30,489 nucleotides of DNA from a virus, in the IMG/VR virus record IMGVR_UViG_3300022074_000239. The stretch is one strand, 5' to 3'. The position numbers were made by a program, and so were the translations under genes. Under the pieces are notes generated by a model. The model saw nothing but the letters and a program-made list of their open reading frames with translations, made no database searches and had not been told where the DNA came from. Below are positions 25,716-30,489 of this stretch, piece by piece. Positions within the stretch are counted from its first letter, which is position 1, and every line of letters starts with the position of its first letter.

Positions 25716-25753
25716 TGGGAAATAAAAGACAAGTATTTTAATTATTTTTCCCA
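25716..25753. promoter_or_regulatory. Operator O2: TGGGAAA-N24-TTTCCCA
   Basis: Same 7-mers and the same 24-nt spacing as O1, with centres 77 bp apart. Lies between the two divergent promoters. Confidence 0.6.
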
Positions 25754-25758
25754 AACTC

Positions 25759-25786
25759 TTGACTTAGAGAATCGATGATTTATGAT
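25759..25786 (+). promoter_or_regulatory. Promoter of the 455-aa gene (leaderless configuration)
   Basis: TTGACT (25759-25764), 16-nt spacer, TATGAT (25781-25786). The ATG at 25795 is 8 nt after the -10, with no SD in between (TAATAATT). Confidence 0.55.
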
Positions 25787-25794
25787 TAATAATT

Positions 25795-27162
25795 ATGAGC
25801 AAAGAAATAATGAACAACGATTCTGAGAAGCAGAGCTTGTTTGCATATGATATTGATGCAAACTATCGTGATCTATTCTTTTCATTAAAAGACAAGAAAG
25901 TCAGAAGTCTATTTCAAAAGAAGTGGGACTCTGTTTTATATACTGGACAGACTGGTGGCTTCTTAAATACTTTTCAGATCCATATGGATAAAGACATTAT
26001 GTTTCCAGAGCATAAGTTCATTCAAGATGACTTCAAGGTTGCTCATATAAATAATTTTTTTAATAGCATTCCAAACTCTGATCCAGATCCATATGTTGAG
26101 CAGAATCTTATTGATTTGAGAAAGTCCACACTTGCTGAAGCAATATTTGTTGGAACTCTTAGTTCAGAGGATCTATTTAGACCATCAGCTTTCTGGAGTT
26201 ATGATCTTGGACAGAATTTAGCTGAAAAGGGGATTGCTAAGAAATTGAAGACTGATGTCTTTTATATAACTGCAATCGTATTCCAACCAAATCAAAGTGT
26301 TCAGTTTGTTTGTTTTGAGACAGTTTATTCTTATGCACAATTAAAAAAACTAGCAAAGAATCTTGATCAACCATTTGGAGAATCATTGTTTGGACTTGAT
26401 AAAAGAAAAAACAATTTTATTGCTCATATAGATCAGCTCAATGGATTTTTGTTGTTGTTGAATGATGATGACACTGCAATATGGAGTGCCGATAGAATTG
26501 AAGCTACTGAGATAATTGATAGATATATTTTTATAAGAAAATTTTGTGCAAACCTTTCTCATCATCACTTATCAACTGAATTAGCTAGAAAAGGAATTGC
26601 AACAGATCACAAAAGACTTGCTTATTGGGAGAAGTCTGAATCTAAGACACCAGCATTTGTGAAAGATCAGAATTTATTTAAAGCATTGATCAAGGTATTA
26701 GCAGAAAGATCATTTGCTTTGTTTGAATATTATTTGAGGGATTCAGTGGGAGAAGATCTTGTCCCATTGCATAAGATTGAGACTTGGATCAGAGAATTTG
26801 TATTATTTGGAAGAGATTCATCATTGATCGACATTCCAGAGTTTATAGATAATTTTATTTATTTTGATGATGGGGAAAAGAAGAACTCAGTCAAGAAAGA
26901 GTATGAACAAGTCTTGATGAAAACCAAACTTGATAAGAGTCTCAGAGAGAATATCAATATCTGGTCGGCTAGAGATTTGGATGATTCACCAGTACAGATC
27001 ATTCAGTTCACAAATATGCTTGGACAAATGTCTGATGCTGATGTTGTTGAGTGGACAGAGGATTTATATCAAGATGATCAAGACAAATATGAAGTGTTTA
27101 AACTTTGGAAGTTCTTAAATAAAAGAATTGGGGAGTTCCAAGAATTAGAGCCCCCCTTTTAA
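25795..27162 (+). CDS. Repressor-position protein with internal XRE-like HTH and SSB-tip-like C-terminus (455 aa)
   Basis: The only large plus-strand gene, divergent from the early operon. Residues ~244-305 (nt 26524-26709) read IFIRKFCANLSHHHLSTELARKGIATDHKRLAYWEKSESKTPAFV, matching an XRE HTH pattern. Ends ...ELEPPF*. The N-terminal 240 aa and C-terminal 150 aa are unrecognised. Confidence 0.5.
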   Translation: MSKEIMNNDSEKQSLFAYDIDANYRDLFFSLKDKKVRSLFQKKWDSVLYTGQTGGFLNTFQIHMDKDIMFPEHKFIQDDFKVAHINNFFNSIPNSDPDPYVEQNLIDLRKSTLAEAIFVGTLSSEDLFRPSAFWSYDLGQNLAEKGIAKKLKTDVFYITAIVFQPNQSVQFVCFETVYSYAQLKKLAKNLDQPFGESLFGLDKRKNNFIAHIDQLNGFLLLLNDDDTAIWSADRIEATEIIDRYIFIRKFCANLSHHHLSTELARKGIATDHKRLAYWEKSESKTPAFVKDQNLFKALIKVLAERSFALFEYYLRDSVGEDLVPLHKIETWIREFVLFGRDSSLIDIPEFIDNFIYFDDGEKKNSVKKEYEQVLMKTKLDKSLRENINIWSARDLDDSPVQIIQFTNMLGQMSDADVVEWTEDLYQDDQDKYEVFKLWKFLNKRIGEFQELEPPF

Positions 27163-27165
27163 TTC

Positions 27166-27345
27166 TTAATATATAAACGATCCAACTACGATCAGAGAAG
27201 TCATTATGATCCCTAAAACTGAATAAAATTCTTTCCTAGAGACTTTATCATTCAACAGATCAGAAATCTTTTCATCCATCTGATCAAGTCGATCAAGTAT
27301 CATCACGAGCATCTCTTTCTGTGTGAAGTCGTTATTTTTTGACAT
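27166..27345 (-). CDS. Small tail-anchored membrane protein (59 aa, below ORF-track cutoff)
   Basis: MSKNNDFTQKEMLVMILDRLDQMDEKISDLLNDKVSRKEFYSVLGIIMTSLIVVGSFIY*. Overlaps the holin 3' end by 14 nt. Has a C-terminal TM helix. RBS is weak. Confidence 0.45.
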   Translation of the reverse strand: MSKNNDFTQKEMLVMILDRLDQMDEKISDLLNDKVSRKEFYSVLGIIMTSLIVVGSFIY

Positions 27346-27529
27346 TGTAGTTCTTCACTACTGTCTTCAGCAAAGCCAAGACAGATGCAAGACCACCGAC
27401 AAAAGCAGACTGCAAGAGATCATTGTCTCCACCAGTCATTGCTTGAGCTGTGATCATAGCCAAGAATGTTTCGAGAAATGTTGCCACGCAACGCTCCCCA
27501 AGATCTTTAAAATCAATATCTTTAAACAT
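27332..27529 (-). CDS. Holin (r1t-holin-like)
   Basis: 65 aa with FKDLGERCVATFLETFLAMITAQA...LLQSAFVGGLASVLALLKTVV, matching the r1t-type holin pattern. AAGGAGA RBS. Confidence 0.6.
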   Translation of the reverse strand: MFKDIDFKDLGERCVATFLETFLAMITAQAMTGGDNDLLQSAFVGGLASVLALLKTVVKNYNVKK

Positions 27530-27540
27530 TTTCTTTCTCC

Positions 27541-28062
27541 TTAATGTTGATGGGAATATGCTTCGAGATAAGCAATTCGATCTCTTAAGTTATCGAACTC
27601 CCAGCTCTCAAGCTGATTATTCTCCAAAGTTGTTATCTTCTTCAATAAGTCTTGCCATTCCCATTTCATCAACTCATATGACTGAGAGTCTTGTGAGGGA
27701 TTGTTGAGATCAGAGATATATCTGTTTTGAAAGTCATCAACTTTCCATTCCAGATCACTGAGTCTTTTGTCTAAGTTTTGAAATTCAGCATTGAGATAAA
27801 CGATCTGATCTCTAAACTGATCAGCTTCATAGCTGATTTGTTCTAACTGATTGACTTTCTCATATAGTGTTGCAATATCATTTGAAACCATAGTTTCAGA
27901 TCGAAGCTCTTCAAATCTGTATTCGATAGAGTTCATTCTTTCATCTATGTTGCTCAATGTGGTCAGAACAGCACCAAGACTTTGAATCCCAGCACCGATA
28001 GATCCCATCAGAGTGATTGCAGTCACTACAATTGCAAGATTATCTTTTATCTTTTGAAGCAT
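27541..28062 (-). CDS. Membrane-anchored coiled-coil protein (173 aa)
   Basis: N-terminal TM helix (LAIVVTAITLMGSIGAGI) followed by a long heptad-like acidic region. Confidence 0.6.
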   Translation of the reverse strand: MLQKIKDNLAIVVTAITLMGSIGAGIQSLGAVLTTLSNIDERMNSIEYRFEELRSETMVSNDIATLYEKVNQLEQISYEADQFRDQIVYLNAEFQNLDKRLSDLEWKVDDFQNRYISDLNNPSQDSQSYELMKWEWQDLLKKITTLENNQLESWEFDNLRDRIAYLEAYSHQH

Positions 28063-28102
28063 TATCTGTCACCAGTGCAACAACCATTGCCACAGCAATC
28101 CA

Positions 28103-28315
28103 TTATCCACCTACTTTGAACAGAATTTCACGAATGACTTCTTCGATGATTATTAAGTTTTGATTGAAACCAGATATGCTTTCTTGATAAGCATTGACTT
28201 GAGCTTTTAATGTTGCAACTTCTTGTTGCATATCATTAACTGTTTTAAATAACCAAGCCACTAATCCAGCGAGACCACCTTGCAATATTTGATTAAGATT
28301 GACTGTTGCTTTCAT
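28103..28315 (-). CDS. Small membrane/coiled-coil protein (70 aa)
   Basis: AGGAG RBS. Hydrophobic N-terminus (GGLAGLVAWLF) followed by a coiled coil. Confidence 0.6.
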   Translation of the reverse strand: MKATVNLNQILQGGLAGLVAWLFKTVNDMQQEVATLKAQVNAYQESISGFNQNLIIIEEVIREILFKVGG

Positions 28316-29519
28316 AATTTGTTTTGACTCCTTTAGTCGTTAGAGTCCAGAAGAATCCTCTCCAAGTGATCGTGTTATTGTCATAGACCACCAGCTCTGG
28401 ATGAAATGTGTTTTTCTTTCGATCTACAACTAAAGTCACAAATCCTCCTTGCCAATCTGGATGTTTGGAATATCCCAAACCTTTTAGATCAGCAAGTGTG
28501 CCAGTTTCAATTGCAGAATATAAATTCATTTCCTCGCCAGTCCAACGAGTTTGATGTGTTATTGCAAGTCTGTGAGTATGTCCCATAATGATCGATCCAT
28601 TGATTCTTTCAATAGATGACAAAGCACTCATTCCAGCTTGTTTTCTTAATGCAGATCCAGAGTGAGTTGCAAACAAACCTTTGACAACTTCATATTCACT
28701 ATGAGGATAAACATCTGATGGTTTGTCCCAATAAGTCCATCCAAGATCATTAAATCTCATTAAATTAGCCAAATGAAGAACAGACTTCTCATCTTCACTG
28801 ACATCAGCTCTCTTGATCCCAAACAATTGAGGAAGTTTATCGATCAGAGCTCTTCTAAGTCGAAGCTCGTGATTTCCCTCTAAGAAGATCAGTTCATCTT
28901 TCTTTGTTAGACCAGCTGAGTCTCTCAGATCTCTCAATGTTGAATATCCTAGATCAACTCCCTTTTGCACAGTAGAAGTGAAATCTGGATTCGTTGCAAA
29001 CTTTGACAAGTTGGGGAAATCAATTAGATCCCCAATATAGATCAATCCATCTGGACTGACATCTTGCAAGAAATAGTGGGAGAGCTCAGTCAATTGCTTG
29101 TTTGCAAATGGAAGCTGTGAATCACCAAGCACAACGAGAAGCTCTGGTTTGCTTTTAGCTTTGAGAGTTGGTTGAGGACTGAAACCATTCCCACCCAGAG
29201 ATTCTATTGACTTAATGAACTCTCCCAAAAATTTAGGTTTTTGCTTCAGAGTTGCTTTTGTCTGCTCCATTAATCTTTTGCCCCCATTAACATCTGGAGC
29301 TTCCCATTGATTAACAGTCAGACTTTGGATTTCCCATTGATCTGGATCAAATCCTCTTTCTTTAAGCATTGACCAGACTTCATTTATATCTGATGATCCA
29401 ACTGGTAGAGTTGCAGTAGCTTTGCCATCTTTGACTTTGACAGCTACCTTTTCAGATTTGTCTGATCCTTTCACGACTTTATTCTCGTGATTATAATTTT
29501 TAAGAGATTTCTTTGGCAC
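28293..29519 (-). CDS. Metallophosphoesterase (calcineurin-like fold)
   Basis: Motifs VLGDSQLPF, GDLIDFPN, LEGNHE, ATHSG and GHTH. The N-terminal ~120 aa form an extra domain. GTG start at 29519 is uncertain. Confidence 0.75.
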   Translation of the reverse strand: MPKKSLKNYNHENKVVKGSDKSEKVAVKVKDGKATATLPVGSSDINEVWSMLKERGFDPDQWEIQSLTVNQWEAPDVNGGKRLMEQTKATLKQKPKFLGEFIKSIESLGGNGFSPQPTLKAKSKPELLVVLGDSQLPFANKQLTELSHYFLQDVSPDGLIYIGDLIDFPNLSKFATNPDFTSTVQKGVDLGYSTLRDLRDSAGLTKKDELIFLEGNHELRLRRALIDKLPQLFGIKRADVSEDEKSVLHLANLMRFNDLGWTYWDKPSDVYPHSEYEVVKGLFATHSGSALRKQAGMSALSSIERINGSIIMGHTHRLAITHQTRWTGEEMNLYSAIETGTLADLKGLGYSKHPDWQGGFVTLVVDRKKNTFHPELVVYDNNTITWRGFFWTLTTKGVKTNYESNSQS

Positions 29520-29742
29520 GATTGCTCAACCACATTCTGATTGTGTGTGTTTTGATCTTGATCTCAATAGGAGATTGATCAATCAACCACTTAGAAGCAA
29601 CAGTTGGGGAGATGCCATCTTTGACACCTTGAATTGCTTCTTCAACTAACTCTTTCAATTCATCACGATCTAAAAATGATCTCTTTGGATTGTGATGTGC
29701 TGGATTATCCTCAGCATATTTTTTCAATGATACTTTTGCCAC
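29500..29742 (-). CDS. Hypothetical protein (80 aa)
   Basis: GTG start follows AGAGGA. No recognised domain. Confidence 0.5.
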   Translation of the reverse strand: MAKVSLKKYAEDNPAHHNPKRSFLDRDELKELVEEAIQGVKDGISPTVASKWLIDQSPIEIKIKTHTIRMWLSNRAKEIS

Positions 29743-29789
29743 TGTTATCCTCTTTCCTCATTTCACAAGCACAGCTTTGATTGTGAAAA

Positions 29790-30374
29790 TTAATTAATCG
29801 TATATTTTTGATTGCACTTCCTACAAAAGAAGCCACCACCAATGTTCACTCGATCATTCTTTTGATCAAGATCCTCTTTTGGTTTGTGATCATAATCAAT
29901 CACATTGATCCAAACTTCATCACCTTTGAGAAGAGCATCTCGGATCACCTTATATGTTCTCAAATAGTTATTTCGAGAAGCACCAACCCAGCCAAACTCT
30001 TTGATCTGATTGTTTGTTTGATTGTCACCGATAATGACACATCCACTGGAACTTTTCGCACTATTGCCACTATGGATCAAGACATATGTGTATTCTGCAC
30101 CAGAATAACCTTTCACATCTTGAAGCTCCAGCATTCCTTTGTGATACTCATCACCATATCTTTTCAAATAACGAGAATGAAACCCACCAACTGCACGAAA
30201 CTTGATCTGATAACGACCATCAGCAAATCTTGTGATGTGTTTGACTTTCTTTTCTCGATATGGATCTTCTACTGTATAAGCCAAAAAATCCTTTGATCCA
30301 TCTTCATTGATCTTTGATAAGATCCCAGAAGTTGAATCTTTTGTTGAGCTAAATCTTAATAATTCGATTTCCAT
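29790..30374 (-). CDS. DUF5675-like protein (candidate cell-wall-active enzyme)
   Basis: 194 aa with ...TSGILS...YTVEDPYREKKV...ADGRYQI...VLIHSGNSAKSSSGCVIIG, matching the DUF5675 signature IH.GN....S.GC... Its start lies inside the terminal overlap. Confidence 0.55.
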   Translation of the reverse strand: MEIELLRFSSTKDSTSGILSKINEDGSKDFLAYTVEDPYREKKVKHITRFADGRYQIKFRAVGGFHSRYLKRYGDEYHKGMLELQDVKGYSGAEYTYVLIHSGNSAKSSSGCVIIGDNQTNNQIKEFGWVGASRNNYLRTYKVIRDALLKGDEVWINVIDYDHKPKEDLDQKNDRVNIGGGFFCRKCNQKYTIN

Positions 30375-30489
30375 TATGCCTCCGAATACTCTATGTTGTT
30401 TTTAATATCTTTGAATAAAGACTTTGGTCTTCTTCTGTGGATCGTATTAAATAAAGATCCAGTTCCTCTTTGCATTGATGCCAAGTTTG
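30363..30489. repeat. Terminal overlap copy 2 (identical to 1-127)
   Basis: Same 127 nt as the window start. It carries the ATG of the 29790-30374 gene and the 3' end of the 12-749 gene. Confidence 0.95.

Larger units (their letters stand above)
1..30362. mobile_element. Complete circularly closed temperate siphovirus-like phage genome (unit length 30362 bp)
   Basis: An exact 127-bp end overlap closes the circle. Packaging, head, tail, lysis, lysogeny and early modules are all present, with no flanking host genes. Confidence 0.8.

Noticed and set aside
27124-27165. GGGG...CCCCCC-TTTT at the end of the 455-aa gene as an intrinsic terminator.
   Set aside because: The stem is only about 4 bp with a ~17-nt loop, too weak to call. 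The G/C runs are explained by the Gly and Pro-Pro codons.
29757-29785. TTCACAA-N12-TTGTGAA hairpin between the DUF5675-like gene and the next gene.
   Set aside because: It has a 7-bp AT-rich stem, no U-tract and only a single occurrence. It may be real, but I cannot support a function.

Overview
The window is one complete temperate siphovirus-type phage genome closed as a circle. Bases 1-127 recur exactly at 30363-30489, giving a 30,362-bp unit, and the late operon reads across this artificial junction. There are about 50 genes. All are on the minus strand except a 455-aa regulator-like gene (25795-27162), a 62-aa zinc-ribbon ORF (19272-19460) and a promoter-equipped tRNA-Gly(GCC) (19680-19754). 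TAATG/ATGA/GTGA start-stop overlaps and GGAG-type RBSs are pervasive. Early module, in minus-strand order: HTH_17/Xis-like gene, eight small ORFan genes, a WhiB-like regulator, a ~480-bp repeat-rich spacer, then a tyrosine integrase abutting the tRNA. Late module: HNH endonuclease, P27-type TerS, TerL, portal, a nuclease-like insert, S78 prohead protease, HK97-type capsid, connectors, two paralogous tail-tube genes, a gp10-like gene, G/GT chaperones with a C_CCA_AAA -1 slip site, tape measure, minor tail, fibre and a glycine-rich tail protein. Across the junction follow a DUF5675-like protein, a metallophosphoesterase and a holin/membrane coiled-coil cluster. WhiB, the r1t-type holin, the Gly-rich tail protein and an apparently leaderless repressor-position gene suggest a low-GC actinobacterial host (inference). 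Most interesting observations: (1) Three unrelated proteins, including the repressor-position one, end in an SSB-tip-like acidic-x-Pro-Phe C-terminus, although no canonical SSB is present. (2) The 455-aa repressor-position protein has an internal XRE-like HTH and sits beside two TGGGAAA-N24-TTTCCCA operators in a divergent promoter region. (3) The whiB-int spacer has an attP-like layout: TGCACAC repeat clusters flank a decayed tRNA-Gly-like segment, while an intact tRNA-Gly lies just beyond int. (4) GATC is roughly 3-4-fold enriched in coding DNA and absent from the regulatory spacers. All functional calls rest on motif recognition by eye; no database search was run.
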